From Blepharisma stoltei ATCC 30299 (Eukaryota > Protista > Ciliophora): a stretch of 64,000 bases of DNA. The DNA lies in contig CBFDEM010000030.1 in assembly GCA_965603825.1 (NCBI GenBank), forward strand, positions 124,001-188,000, given 5' to 3'. Below are positions 1 to 14,700 of this stretch, in pieces (positions within the stretch are counted from its first letter, which is position 1; the number at the start of each line of letters is the position of its first letter). The translations under genes and the position numbers were made by a program. Below the pieces are notes generated by a model that did no database searches, was not told where the DNA came from, and saw only the letters and a list, made by a program, of their open reading frames with translations.

Positions 1-460
1 GATTAATTAAAAGTAAACTAATCGAAAATTGTTAGAGAGGATCGCCAAGATAATATAATAATAAATAGATTTAATAATATTAAAAGAGGCTTTTGAAATA
101 ATGAAGTAGTACGATAATTGACGATATCTAATGATTTATAATAAAAAAAGCAATATAATTCTAATTTAAAAGAGAGTAGTAAGCTAAAATATATCAATAA
201 TATATGCTCAGATATTCATGGTTAAATCAGTCGCTTTATTTAGTCAACTTAAATTTCAGTCAGAGCATTTTTCTACAAGAGCAGTAAAATAGCTTAAATT
301 TTATAATTATTATTTAGGTACATGGATAAACATAGAATAATAAATTTTCTTTAAAAAAAGTTATACACAGATCAGATCCTGTTTTAACTTACAAATATAT
401 GCTTAATCCTAGTAGATTAAGCTTCCATCAAGCGCATTCCTAGATATGAGTCTAATAATA

Positions 461-2806
461 ATGTCACGTCTGTGTTTTAAGAAAGGCTGTGAACTCGAAG
501 TTCAGTATATATGCCAAACTTTCTCTGCAGAAATCTACTCTTGCAAATTGCATCTTGAAGAGCTACTTAAATTACCCAATCGAGATCATATGATAGATTC
601 GATTCTCATGGAGCATTGTGAATGAACTAAAGATGCAGTTCTTGAGTATCTTGAAAAAGAAAAGTCTAAGAAAGAGTATTTGAAGGAGGTATTCTTTGCT
701 ACTTTTAGAAAAGAACTTCACAGAAAAGGTATTGAAGAGACGCTAAGAAAGCTGGATTCAGATTTGGAAGAATTTAAAAGGTTAATTGAAAAAACCGTTC
801 AAGCTGATAACTCAGGCCTATTAAGTAGCATTAGGCGATTTTGCGAATTGAACAAGCTAAGAACTAAAATATCTGCTGTCTTAGCCAGGCCTAACAGTGC
901 ACAAGCAGAACAAGACTTTAGAAGTACGATCTCCATGTATGAAAATAAGACTCTTGATCCGTTAATTGCACAAGCTTATCAAGAATACGTCAAAGTTTAC
1001 CATCAAGCCACATCTCTTTATCGAGTTACTTCAGACTATGATGGAAAAAATAGTTTGCTTATTTATGACACTGAAAATGAGAAAGAAGAAGAAAAAGAAC
1101 TAAAAATTCCATTTCAATTAAATTCTGAAAAAACGATTACTCAACTACCAAATGGCGAGTTATTTTGTTTTTCTGAATCAAATCCAGTTATAATTGACAA
1201 AAATTATGGATTCCTAGTCCTTCCAGCTGGAGATCCCAATTTCGAAATCGCTATTTATTTTGACAGAAACGTCTATTGTTTTGGATCAGAGGAAGATTTT
1301 GGAGGCCGGTGCAGTAGATTTGATATGGATTTATATTGCTGAAGGAAAATAAATCCGATTGGAGGGACGGATTCTAAGTATCATGGAGTATTATTTAATG
1401 GTAATATTGTGATTTCTGGATATTGAGACATAAATCTTAAGCTATATACAGTTGGAACCGACTCTTGATCAAATATTGATTATAAATTTGGGAATGCTAA
1501 AATAAAGATCATGATAAATGCAAATGATGAGAGATTATATGTTATTGAGCCTCGTGGCTCTATCTATGAAAGTGAATTTGGAAGTGAGTATAATTGGCAG
1601 CGCTTAGCAAAATCAATTATTACTGGATATAACAATTACATTACTTGTTCATATAATAAAGGAGGATTTTACATCTTAAATAGCATGGGATCTTGTAGAG
1701 AATATTGCAAATTTAATTTAGATCAAAAAGTGTTCATTGAGTTTGCTTACTATGATAAACATGTAGCTTTTAGAAGGGTAGGTAAAATGTTTGAAGCAAT
1801 TGAATGCCCTAACCAAAATTTTAGCCTTGACCCTAAAGATGTGTTTCTTTACAACAATAAAGAGTATTCTCTTTATTATTTAGGATTAAACCTAGAAAAA
1901 ATAGAGTGATGTAATGAAGAAATCAAATTCAACCCGACCAATGCTGAAACTTACAATAATAAAGGCAAAGCCCTTTATGCAATTGGAAGAAATCTTGAAG
2001 CAATAGAGTGCTATGACAAAGCAGTCAGACTAAGCCCTAGAGATTATAATATTTATGATAATAAAGGACTTGCTCTTCATGCTATGGGAAAAAATCTTGA
2101 GGCAATAGAATGCTACAACAACTCAATTGAGCTCAATCCTAATGATCCAGAAGTGCATTCTAACAAAGGTCATGCGTTTAGTGATTTAGGAAGAAATCTT
2201 GAAGCATTGGAATGCTTTAATGAAGCAAATAGACTTGAAGAAAAGACACCTGCTTATGTCTATAAAACCTCTGCCTATTTAAATAGTGGAGGTAAAATTC
2301 TTTACTCTTTAGATAGAAATCTTGACGCAATAGAGTATTATGACAAAGCACTCCAAAACGACCCTTTTGATGCTGATATTTACAATAATAAAGGCAAAGC
2401 TCTTTATGCCTTAGGAAGACATCTCGAAGCAATAGAATGCTATGACCAAGCAATTAAAAATGATTTTTATTGTGACGCAGCTTACATAAATAAAATTAAT
2501 GCTCTTGAAGATGAAGAACAATATTTCGAAGCAATCCAATGTTATGATGAAGTAATCAAAATTAAATCTAATTGCCCTGTGTACTTCTGCAATCGAGCTA
2601 GAATCCTTAAGGCATTAGGAAAAGAAACAGAAGCTCTGCAGGATTTAGATAGAGCTTATAATTTGATGCAAGATATCCAGGCAAATGAGATTTTAAATAG
2701 CATTCAATATGATGATTATAAAAGAGATTTTATTAGCAATGAATCAATAGAAAACTTTGCAGAGTGATTTAAAAAATTGCAAAGTGAAAAGGAATTAGAG
2801 GTATAA
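461..2806 (+). CDS. Cys/His-rich N-terminus + coiled coil + Kelch-like beta-propeller + TPR repeats (~781 aa)
   Basis: One frame runs from ATG 461 to TAA 2804-2806 when TGA=W, joining track ORFs 680, 1511 and 2084. Kelch-like motifs are QLPNGELFCF and IYFDRNVYCFG..RFD...W. C-terminal TPRs repeat YNNKGxALxxLGRxxEAIECYDxA. Confidence 0.85.
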
Positions 2807-3519
2807 AAAATGATCCAGAGAAAGAAGCTAAGGAAGAAGATAAATAAATTTCGCAAATTTTTGAAGAGGATCGTTTAAGCTCAAATAATAATAATAATAA
2901 CCAATAGAAAAAATCCTATAGACAAAAAGCAGTTAAAATAAAGAAGTAATAATTGATAATTCCTGCTTATCTATGTAGCAAAGCGTAGAGATTTTATTTT
3001 AGAATAATTCTAATATAAAAGAGAGTGATAAGTTAAAATATGTCAATAAGCTTAATGTATTTCAAATATATGTTGAAATCAGTCGTTTTATATTGTCTTC
3101 TAAAAGTTTCTATCTTATTTATTTTCTTTAATAATAGCTGAAAACTTAAGAACTATATCAAGTACCAGGCATTCTTAATGGCTTCTCAAGAATCAAGACC
3201 TGAAAGGGTTAGACTGTCTAATCTCACCATTTTTTGGTAACGGCAATGGAAAAATGGCGTTATTTGGAGCTGGTTCAAGTGCCATCTGATCATAAAGCTA
3301 AAATTATTTTCCGCATTAATTGCACTAAAATTCAAGCAAAATTAATGAGCATGCAATATAGCCATTTTTATTGGTGTTAAATTTGCAATATTAATTTTAA
3401 TTTATTAATATTCAATTATTCTATATGTGATATTATACTAAATATTCTGTTTATAGTTCATTCAAAACCATTAGAAATTCCCGGATATAGTGTTTTTGTA
3501 AAAGCGGATCCAATATCAT

Positions 3520-6500
3520 TTAATCCTCATCAATTTTCAATTCTTCTCCCTGAATTTTATCTTCCTTTACACTTCCATCTTCATAAATGCTTTCTTCTGC
3601 ATTGCTTCCTTCTACGAATTTTACTTCAAAGCAATTTTCTTCAATATTTATTTCCCTTATGTCATCTTCTTCAGTGTTTTTCTTGTCAATTCCGCTTTTT
3701 TCAATACTGCTTATCTCTTCAATTTTTTCATTTTTAATACTCATATTTCTTTTTAAACTTCCTACAAATAGCTGCATCATGCTAATTTCATTAAAAGATA
3801 TCTTTTCAGGGTTTAATATTTCCTTTCTAGAAGAGCTTAGAATTAATTGATGTGCAGATTCTCCAATTTTGCCGGTTTTATTAACTCTCAAAGAAATGCC
3901 CCCCACAATATTATAACTATGATTTTTAAATTTTTTTTTCAAAAATGGGATTTTTTCAACTATGATTGTAATATAGGCATTTCCAGCTTTTATTCCCCAG
4001 TAAATTACAAAATATGAATTTGCTAGAATAATAACAATGAAAAATATGAGTTCAGTAAACCAATCGAGAGATCCAGTTAAATAGTACATTCCACAGTAAA
4101 TTGTTACTGCTGAAGCTGAAATAGAAATAGCTTCAAGCCTGTTTAGGTCGTCTCCATTATAAGGCTTTATTTTACATTGGAAGTATAGACAGGCTATTAA
4201 AATGAAAAGGGTGGTTAAAGCTTGGATATTGACTGATACTGTTGATAAAAACACAGAGCAGCAAATAATAGCAATTTTTCTGTAAATAATTACAAATTCT
4301 CAATAATAGCTACTAAATTTATACCCATTAAAGAGAAATCCATACTTAATCCTGATATCTATATTCGTAAGTTTTTCCTTATTTTTCATAATTAAAAATA
4401 AACAAGTTGTTGGGATCCCAATTCCTCACAAAAGAATAGCTGGAAAAGCAATAGCAGTTATATAAAACACATGCTGGCTGTCTCAGCACCTTAAATTCAA
4501 ATCATCAACAAGCCAATCTTTTCCATAATCAAGCTCAGTACAGTCAAAAGAGCTAAAATAATACTTTATTAAGCTTGGGTGTACTAAAAATGCGACTATA
4601 ATTGAAGTGGTCACAATATGATTCATCAGCAAAGCACACTTTTTTTTGCATATTGATATTAAAGATCAACAAATACCTGCAATAAATGGAATAAAAATTG
4701 GTAAAACAGCCATAACGAATAATTTTTGATAAAAAATCGGAGTGCTTTTTCCCTTTAAGTCTTCATTGTAATATAAAAGGCAGTCAAAAGAAAAGATTTG
4801 ATCACTTATAAAGCTTGCGTTATTTTGTATAGAAAATAAATGTTTCACGTAGCTAGGTCAGGAGAGGCTAAAAGTTGTGGTTAAGGTTATAAGCTGCACG
4901 TAGTTGATGAATATTTTTATATAGACACTTGAAAGCGACTTTGGCTTATAAGCAGAATTTTTTGACATCCTAACCATTAGTCAGCAGAGTAAGAGAAATC
5001 CAAGGCCAATTCCAGATGCTTTTATGATAATAATGGTAAGACTTTGACATTTCGCACATTCGTTTTCCATTGCTTTTGAATAACCTTCTTCACAACTATG
5101 GCATAAATTTCCATAATAACCTTTCTTGCAGTTTCCGGTATAAGAAATATTTTGGGGATCTGAGCCAATGCAAGCTTTTGAGTTAGGACAAGACCAAAAT
5201 TTTGTGCTTAGCATATCAGACCTTCAATACCCTGGCTTAGGAACCATTGTATAATTCCCATAACAAATTGCTTCATCAGGACATGCTAAACATTGCTCGT
5301 TTTTTGGATCTAAACTATAAAATTCTTTTGGGCAAATAATGCAATTAACGCCAACAGTAGCCTCTCCTAAAACACATTCTCTCAAAGTTACCTTTGTAAA
5401 CAAGCTTGAGTTATAATTCAGTCCGTCATTTGCTTTGACACTTTTTGAGATATCAACACCATTTGTTTGAATTTCTATAGAAAAATTGCTTCCAGGCTGC
5501 GCAGAAATTATAAATGAAGAAAAAGTAAAAATTCCGTTGACAGCAGCTACTTTAAGTTCTCCTGATAAAACTACATCTTTTGATGTAGATATTATTTCAG
5601 CTACGCTAGAATTATCAGTAGTAACAACTGAGCCAAGATGGTCAATAAGACTAACAATTAATAGAGTTGTAGTAGGCTGCCCAGACGCTAAATCTTTTAG
5701 CTCGCCATTCCAATCAGCATTCATTATTTTTATACTAACAGGATAAGAAGCTATATTGTCACCGTATTCTGCTTTATTATTTTCACATGAGTTATTTTCA
5801 AATTTAGGCATAACTTCTCGTCAATCGATAGCTCCTCCTTCATATTCTGCAGTATTCCTAACAAAATCATTTGAAAAAACTTTAAAATCGCATTGTCCTG
5901 AATAGCTACATCCTAATTTTATCGCTCCTCCTATTCCTGAATCGTGGGTATTTTCATATGTTTCAAAAGTATTTAATGCTGTATTATCGTAAAATCTGGA
6001 TGATTTAATATCGATATTTATGTTATCCACAAAAATAGCTCCTCCAGCCGATGATGTATTATTAAAAAAATCTGTAGAGATAACTTCATAAGATTGTGCG
6101 TTGATTGTATTAGATGTAAAAATAAAATATAAAGCTCCACCATGCAGTGATGTGTTATTCTCGAAAGTGCAGGAATCAATATAAACATAGCCAGTATTTG
6201 TACAACTAATTGATCCTCCTACTTTTCCTAAGCTATTTTTAAAGCTTGATTCTATAATCTTCAAAGTCTCCACTTCTGTGCCATCTATAGCTGTATAAGT
6301 AAAATTTTCAAAGGATGATTTTTCAATAAAAATATTATTCCCAAAAATATTTATCACTCCTCCAGAACCTGAACTATAAGTGTTTAAAAATTGGCATTGA
6401 GAAATATTTAGAGATGTTGAAAAAGCCAATATAGCGCTGCCAGCGCTAGAAATTGAGTTTTCAAATAAACTATTTTTTAATGATAAAGAGCTAGAAAGAG

Positions 6501-9500
6501 CATAAATTGATCCACCTGAGGAAGAGGATTTCCCATTGGCAAAACTTGAATTCTCAACAACTAGTCCACTATCAGAAGCCAAATAAACGAAACTTCCAAA
6601 ACTGCCTTCTTGGTCATGGAATTGAGAATTTGTTATGGTAGCATTAGAGAGTGTCAAATAAATACCTGGAGTAATTCTATCAGCAGTGTTACTATATATT
6701 TGGCATTTATCAATTTTGATATTCGATGTAAGCGAATAAATCAAGCCTTCTGATTCTGCATGATTATAATATAACTCTGAATTTTTCAAAACGCAATTTT
6801 CATATGACCCAATTACATATATAACTGCTCCTTTATCAGTACAAAAATTTTTGTTAAATTTTGAATTTTCAATAGAAAAATAAGACAATTGGTCAAAATA
6901 AAGGACTCCTCCATATTTAGCACTATTTTGGTAGAAAGTGCATTGGTTACAGTGAAAATATGATTTGCCTTCAGCTCTAATTGCTCCTGCATATTGTGTT
7001 GAAGTGTTGTTTGTAAAAGTTGTTAGCTCACAATCAGCTGTTGCATTTGAGGTTAAATAAACAGTCCCTGCCGTTATTGTTGAGTTTGCTATGATAGATC
7101 CAGTATCTTTCCAATAATCATGAATAAGGTATATCGCGAGTCCTTCATTTTTTTGAAAAATGCATTCTGCAGTCTCAATATAAGAATAAATTGCCATATC
7201 ATCAGTGCATAAAACATTTTTCCCTGAATTTTCGGTAAAATTGCATGAAGATAGGATCATTTTGGATGCTTCGGGACTTGACTGCTCTGAACTTGTAAAA
7301 TACAAAGCAGAGCCAAGCTCAGCGTAATTATCGACAAATAAAGAGTTAGAGACGACAAGGATTCCATATTTAAATAAATTCGCAATCGTTCCTTTGGTTT
7401 CAGCATTGTTATAGATAAATGTGCATGATTCTAAAATAGAATCAGTTGAAAGAGCTACATTATTATCAATATATATTGCTGATCCACTTGGTGCTCAATT
7501 GGACTCAAATAAATTATTTTTCGCATATAAAGAAATCGGATCTTGTGACAATATGTTGCCTGATATAAATATAGCTCCTCCTTTTGTGCTGAGGCTTTTA
7601 TTTTCTTTAAATACAGAATTTTTAATATCAAATTCGTGAGTGTCTACTTCTGTGGAGACAGAAAAATAAACAGCACCAAGCCCTGATCTTGCTGTATTTG
7701 ACTCCACAGTTACATTATTGAGCATTAATGAGCCTCCTGAAAAATTAATTCCAGGGTTATAACTTGCAGAGTTGTTTGATATTATTGTATTTTCTATAGA
7801 AATATTAGTCAAGCTAGAAACAAAGCATAAAGCTCCTACTCCTTGAGCATTGGTATTTGTATTATTACTGAATACCGAATTAGTGACTTTTATATTGCTA
7901 GATAAATCAGTGACTATACAAATTCCATAGGAAGAACTGCCTGTGTTTTTTTCAAAAATGATATCGGTGAAATTAGCGTTCACAATCTGTTCGTAATTTA
8001 TTGATGGGGATGAATTTTTGCAAACATTGTTTTTAAATGTACTTTTGGATACTTCGTGGTTATAACAATAGGAAGCAATTCATAATCCATTACAATTTAT
8101 ATTAGCTGGGCTAGAAATAAGCTTTTTGGTATAAAGATTGCTATCAGCTACAAAGTAGCTTCATATAATTGTATTAATATTTTGAGTATCTATACTGCCA
8201 TTAGACTCTACAGTCAGATTCTGTATACGAATATTGAATAGTTGAGTAATATCGAAAATACCATTTCCTCCTGAATAGTTATTGGTGATTGTAGAGTCCT
8301 TAAATATAAAATCTCGTTTTTTAAATGTAGCTTCAACCAAATTTCCATTTGTATCATTGATAGCTATTTTTGTATCAGTGGCTCATTGAGAAGAGAAATA
8401 ATTGTTATTGATTAATATCAAAGGCCCTGATTGAACTCCATTTCCATCTATAACCAAATTTTCTAATAAAATCCTCTGTAGCTGAGCCAGATAGCTGATT
8501 GACAAAATCCCTGCATTTAATCCAAAATTATTTCTAAAAGTAGTATCATGTATATAAATATGATATAGCAATAAATCAATTAGCTCTCCATTAGAATTCA
8601 CATCATCTCTAAACGTCAATGTTGTTGGAAACAAATAAATAAGCCCATAATTCGCAATATTTTTATCAAAAACACAATTAGAAATTTCAATTGACCGAAA
8701 TAGGGCGAGCTTTATAAGGGAGTAAGTATTAGAGTCCACATATGGAGTATACACAATATTGTTAACAAAAGTCACATTTTTCAGCTTGACAGTCCTGACT
8801 TTATCTGCACTTAAAAATCCTGAAAATTGAGCTGACCCATACTCATAGCCATTATTAAGCCTTGATACCACTCCATTTGTATACTCAAAACTTCCACAAT
8901 TATAATTAGGATCTCCACAATCCAAGAAATAAATCACTGCATACTTTCCTTGAGCTGCAGGAGTTTGCCCTGGCTGAGTCGTAGTCACTACTGTCCAATA
9001 GCACCTAATATTATCAAAATTTACATTGTTTAACGTCAAATTTCCTCCATAGTTTGTAATTATTGATTTTAATTCAATTCTAATATCAGTAAAATTTACA
9101 TTTTTCAGGACTAGCTTAGAATTATAATACATAGTAAATATGCTTTTTGTGTGTACTGAGTTACAATTTGTGGTAGCCATAAAAGTGGTGACTTTAGCAC
9201 CTTGGTCATTGTAATAATACCCATCAGATTTTAATGTAACATTAGCACAATAAGAACAATAAGAGCTTACCGATGAAGGGCAAGCTGAAAGAAGGTCTTT
9301 AGCAGTGAAAACTACATTTTTTAATGTAAGAGTCGTCGAATTGGTTATAATTCATCAAAAATATTTGTTATCTGGCTTGTTTTTTATGGTAACAATGGAA
9401 TTTTCATAAGTAGTAATAACGAGGTTTGTAAAGTTGAAGCTTCTGATAAAAGGATTGCAGGCGTCAGATAAAACAGTGCTTATAGGATTTGATGTGCTGA

Positions 9501-10974
9501 CACAGGTAGCATAATAAACCCCATCGTTGAATAAATAAAGAATTGCGTATTTATTATATATTGAAGCTATTGCTACAGAAAGGGAAGAAAATGGGTTGGT
9601 AAAAGTCCCATTTCCTTCATAAATGTCGGTGCTTGCTTTTGAAGTTACATAATAAACTGCTGGACTATCTTTTGTTGAATAATCTTTAGGAATTAAGCAA
9701 ACTGGGTAATTTCCTAGCAAATTGACAGCTTCATGACCGCTTGGGCATTTAAATAGGCAATAACCATAAAATTGATAAGTATTTGTGTTGCATTGGAAAC
9801 AATCTCCTAGGGTTTTTGAATTGCAAACCAAGCAGTTAGAATCAGCACAAGTATACGTTGTACACTTATTTCATGAATAAATGCAGCTATTTGATTTGCA
9901 ATTTGAATGGCAAGTGCTTGAATCAAGAACTTCAGTAGATAAGCAGCTCGTAGCATTTGTACAGTTATCTGGGCTTACATTCATAGTAAGATTTTTAAAA
10001 ATCAGCCCATAATGTAAAGCAAATAAAATTTGGTTTGTATTTTGGCATTTAGAAGTGCTACTAATAGTATCATATCTGCAAAAAGAATTCATGCATGCAT
10101 CTTTGCATTGTCCATAGCTTTCTATACCGCAGCCCTCGGAGCAGCCACAGTCATAATTATCATAATGGCAATCATTTAAATTGCAAGCAGAGTTACAAAC
10201 TCCATCTCCTAACATAGACATTAAACACCCAGGAGCGCATTTTTGACATTCTCCTCTATCATAATCGCAAGCTGAATTATCACAAGCTTCATCACAAACT
10301 CCATTAGATTTCATATAAGAATGGCAGCCTTGGGAACAGTCACAATCCCCTCCATCTCAGTTACAAGCCAGATTATCGCACTCTTTATTACAATTATTGT
10401 CTCCTATCATTCAAAGTTCACAGCCTGAACTACATTGATTATTATTACAATCTCCAAAATCATAATTACAAGAAGACACATCGCAAGATTTATCACAAAT
10501 CCCATCTCCAAGCATTTCCCTGCTGCAACCCGCTGAGCAATCTTTACAAATTCCTAAACCATAATAACAATTTTCATTATCGCAAGAATTAGAGCATGTG
10601 ACACCTAAATCATCTTGAAAGCCTAAATATCTTTTACAATCTGAAGAGCAGTACCCACAATCTCCAAAATCATAGCCACAAGCTGGATTATTACAGCTTT
10701 GGTCACAAACTCCATTTCCCAGATTAGAAGGTAAACAAGAATAATTATCTATGCATATTTGATAGCAGTCAGAGTTTTGAGGATTTAGCATAGGATTTGT
10801 GGTTGAATTTGAGTCGAAATTGCAAAATGAAACCATGCATTTCGGGTCGCAAATTCCATCTCCAATCTGCGTAATTGTTACCGATGAAGGAGAGCATCAT
10901 GATGGATTGCACAATATATTTGCCATCAAAGACCAAGAAGGCGGAAACAATGCAAAGAATAAATTGATTTTCAT
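3520..10974 (-). CDS. Receptor-like membrane protein, copy A (~2,474 aa): signal peptide, LNR repeats, Pmp-like right-handed beta-helix, Cys-rich stalk, ~9-TM TRP-like domain
   Basis: The main minus-strand track ORFs from 10836 to 4254 share one frame and break only at TGA. The start reads MKINLFFALFPPSWSL. Motifs include LNR (CAPGC..MLGDGVCN.ACN...C.YD..DC), GGAI/FxxN repeats, C..GY.GNLC..C and YGFLFNGY..YYWE..RK. Two 15-nt introns. Confidence 0.88.
10623..10637 (-). other. 15-nt intron (copy A intron 2)
   Basis: GTAAAAGATATTTAG. It is in-frame and stopless, but homologous to the frameshifting 16-nt intron of copy B. Confidence 0.8.
10867..10881 (-). other. 15-nt intron (copy A intron 1)
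   Basis: GTAACAATTACGCAG. It is stopless here, but the same position carries an in-frame TAG in copies B, C and D. Confidence 0.75.
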
Positions 10975-11735
10975 AATCGAGTTTTTTATATTATTAAATC
11001 AGAAATAATTTCTGACTTTATTAGTTAAGTTAAGATAAAAATAATAAAATGTTAGAACTATTCAAATTTGCCACAAAAGATTAAGATAGGGTCGATTTAA
11101 ATGATAACTTTGATATCATACTAGAATTTGATATTTTTCTTGTTAAAAGCTGAAACCTTAAAATTTTTACGCTTTATGCTTCTTTTTATTTACTGTCCTA
11201 TTCGTTTTATAACTTTAAGTTTATAAATGAATAAAAAAATTCCATAAAGTAATGAAAATTTTTTGTTGCACTGAAAGCATTATTTCAATCAAAGAGCAAT
11301 ATAATCTGTACTTGCTTCCCATTATTTTTTAACGTCAATGAATTTGCACAATTTTTCCCAGAGGAATTTCCTTGAGTATTTCCTTATTTGATTTGGTTGC
11401 ATTTTTGCATCAACACATGAGCTCTATTGAATTGATGAGGGGTAGCAGCAGGCTTTTGCAGAATTAGAGAGATACGGGGTGCATAGGATATAAGAAATCA
11501 ATATATCAACAACAAAAAATTCTTCATTTCATAGCGATAAGAAAAAGTCATGCATTACAATAGCTAAAATAAAGCTGTTAAAAAATGTTTGAGCTGAGTA
11601 AAATGCCCGTAAAATCTATAAAATAAGTAAGATCAAAGAAAAGTGATAATAACCAAATAATTTATTTGTGCTAATTTTTTCAAAATATTTGTTAATATTT
11701 AGATTTTATAGTTATTTTTGCTCCAAAATTTGTAT

Positions 11736-14700
11736 TTATATGTAATCGTGATCTATTGTTAAATCATTCGATGAATCTTTCTTTAAAAATGAATCAAGAA
11801 TCACAACTCGATCGAAATCAATTTCTTCTTCTTCTTCAATTTTTACTTCTTCTTCATTAACTTCTTCATGACTATTCTCTTCATAATGATTTTCTTTATC
11901 TAATTTTACTTCTTCTATATTTATTTCTTCAATATCACTTTCTTCACTTTTCTTTTCAATTTCGCTATCTTCAATGCTGTCTTTTTCAATACTGTTTTCA
12001 GCTCTTTTCCCCCAGATAGATGTATTTCCTTTCAAAGTTCCTACAAATAATTGCATCATGCTAATTTCTTTAAAACTTATACCTTGCTGTTTTAAATATT
12101 CTATTCTAGGAGAGCTTAGAATTAGATTGCGAGAAGATTCTCCAATTCTACTATTTCTATCATCCCTAAAGGTAGAGTCGCTCATAATATTATAGCTTTG
12201 AGAATGTAATTTTTTCTTAAAAAATGGGATTTTTTGAGCTATCATAGAAATATAGGCACTTCCAGCTTTAATGCCCCAGTAAATAACAAAATATGAGTTC
12301 GCTAAAACAATAGCAATGAAAAATACGAGTTCTGTAAATTGATCAAGGGATTCAGTTAAATAATACATACCACAATAAATAGTTATTGCAGAAGCCGAAA
12401 TAGAAATAGTTTCAAGTTTATTTAAATCATCTCCATTGTAAGGCTTTATCTTACATTGGAAATATAGAGAGGTTACTAAAACAAAAAGAGTAGTAAGAGC
12501 TTGAATGTTGACAGATACTGTTGATAAAAATACAGTGCAGCAAATAATTATAATTTTTCTGTAAATTATAATAAATTCCCAATAGTAGCTTCTCGATTTA
12601 TACCCGTTGAATAGAAACCCATATTTGATCCTTACGTTTATATTATTCAGCCTGTCCTTATTTTTCATTATTAAAAAACAGCAAGTAGTAGGTATCCCAA
12701 CTCCCCATAAAATAATAGCTGGAATGGCTATAACAGTTATATAAAATACATGCTGTCTGTCCCAACATCTTATATTCAAGTCATCAACAAGCCAATCTTT
12801 ACCATAATCAAGCTCAGTGCAATCAAAGGAGCTGAAATAATACTTTATCAAAGTTGGATGTATCAGGAATGACACTATAATTGAAGTAGTTACTATATTA
12901 TTTATCAATAAAATGCAGCTTTTTTTGCATATTAAAACCAAGCCTCAACAAATAGCTGCAATTAATGGAATAAAAATAGGTAAAGCGGCCATTATGAATA
13001 GTTTTTGATAAAAAATTTCAGTGTCCTTTCCCCAGATTTCTCTATTATAATATAAAAGGCAATCAAACGAAAAGATTTGATCACTTATAAAGCTTGCATT
13101 GCTTTGTATTGAAAATAATCTTTTTACGTAGTTTGGCCAAGATAGACTAAAAGTTGTGGTTAAAGATATAAGCTGGACATAATTGATAAATATTTTTATA
13201 TAAATACTTGAGAGAGATTTAGGTTTATATGCAGAATTTTTTGACATTCAGACCATTAGTCAACAAAGTATGAGGAATCCAAGGGTAATGCCTGACGTTT
13301 TTATGATAATTATAGAAAGAGCTTGACATTGTTGACATTCGTTTTTCATTATTTTAGAATAGCCTTCGGAACAAGCTTGGCATAGATTTCCAGTATAGCC
13401 TATGCGGCAATCTCCAGTATAAGAAATATTTTGTGGATCAGAGCCAATGCAAGCATTTGAATTAGGGCAGGACCAAAATTTGATGCTTAGCATATCAGAC
13501 CTTCAATACCCTGGCTTTGGGACCATAGTGTAATTTCCATAACAAATTGCTTCATCAGGACAAGCTAAGCACTGCTCATTTTTTGGGTCTAAGCTATAAA
13601 ATTCTTTCGGACAAACAATGCAATTAACACCTACTGTCGCTTCTCCTAAAACACAATTTCTTAGAGCTACATCTATATGCAAACTTGAGTTATAAGTCAA
13701 TCCATCTCTTGCTTTAATACTCTTTGAAGCATCAATTCCATTTGTTTGAATTTCTATTGAAAAATTGCTGCCAGGCTCTGCGGAAATGATAAACGAAGAA
13801 AAAGTAAAAATTCCACGGACAGCTGTAACTTTAAGCTCGCCAGATAAAATTACATTTTGTGAAAGTGATATCAATTCACCTACACTAGAGTAATCTGCAG
13901 TAACAACTGAGCCCAAGTGATCAATGAGGCTAATTATTAGTGGGGTTGTAGTTGGCTGTCCAGATGCTAGATCATCTAGTCCCCCATTTCAATTAGTATT
14001 CATAATTTTCATAGTAACAGGATAAGATGCTATATTGCTACCATATTCGGCTTCATTGTCGTCAAAAGAATTGTTTTTAAAATCTGGCATGACTTCTTTC
14101 CAAACAACAGCTCCTCCTTCATAATCTGCTATATTCCCTACAAAATCATTAGAAAATACATTAAAATTGCATTCTCCTGAATAACTGCACCCTAGCTTGA
14201 TAGCTCCTCCTATTCCTGAATCGTTACTCGATTCTAGCATGCTATAAGAATTAATTGCGGTGTTATTACAAAATTTGGACGATTTAACATCGATACTGAT
14301 ACTATCCACAAAAATCGCTCCTCCAGCTGAAGCTGTATTATTTATAAATTCCGAAGAAATAACTTCATAAGGCTGACGATTCATCATATTGGACTTAATT
14401 TCAAAGTATAAAGCCCCACCATAAAGTGATGTATTGTTCATGAAAGCGCAGGATTCAATAAAAATATACTCAGTGTTTGTACAACTAATTGCTCCTCCTA
14501 CTTTCCCTAGGCTATTTTTAAAGCTTGTATCTATGACTGTCAAAGATTCCATTTCTGTTCCATCAATTGCTGAATTGGTGAAATTTTCGAAAATTGATTT
14601 TTCAATAAAAATACGATTCCCATTAATATTTATAACTCCACCAGAACCTGAACTGTATGTATTTAAAAATTTGCATTCAGAAATACTCATGACTGTTGAA

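Noticed and set aside
3130-3295. Short GC-richer stretch with small ORFs (similar ones at ~11340-11490 and ~27300-27710)
   Set aside because: The ORFs are under ~70 codons with no recognisable motif, so they cannot be supported as genes without a search.
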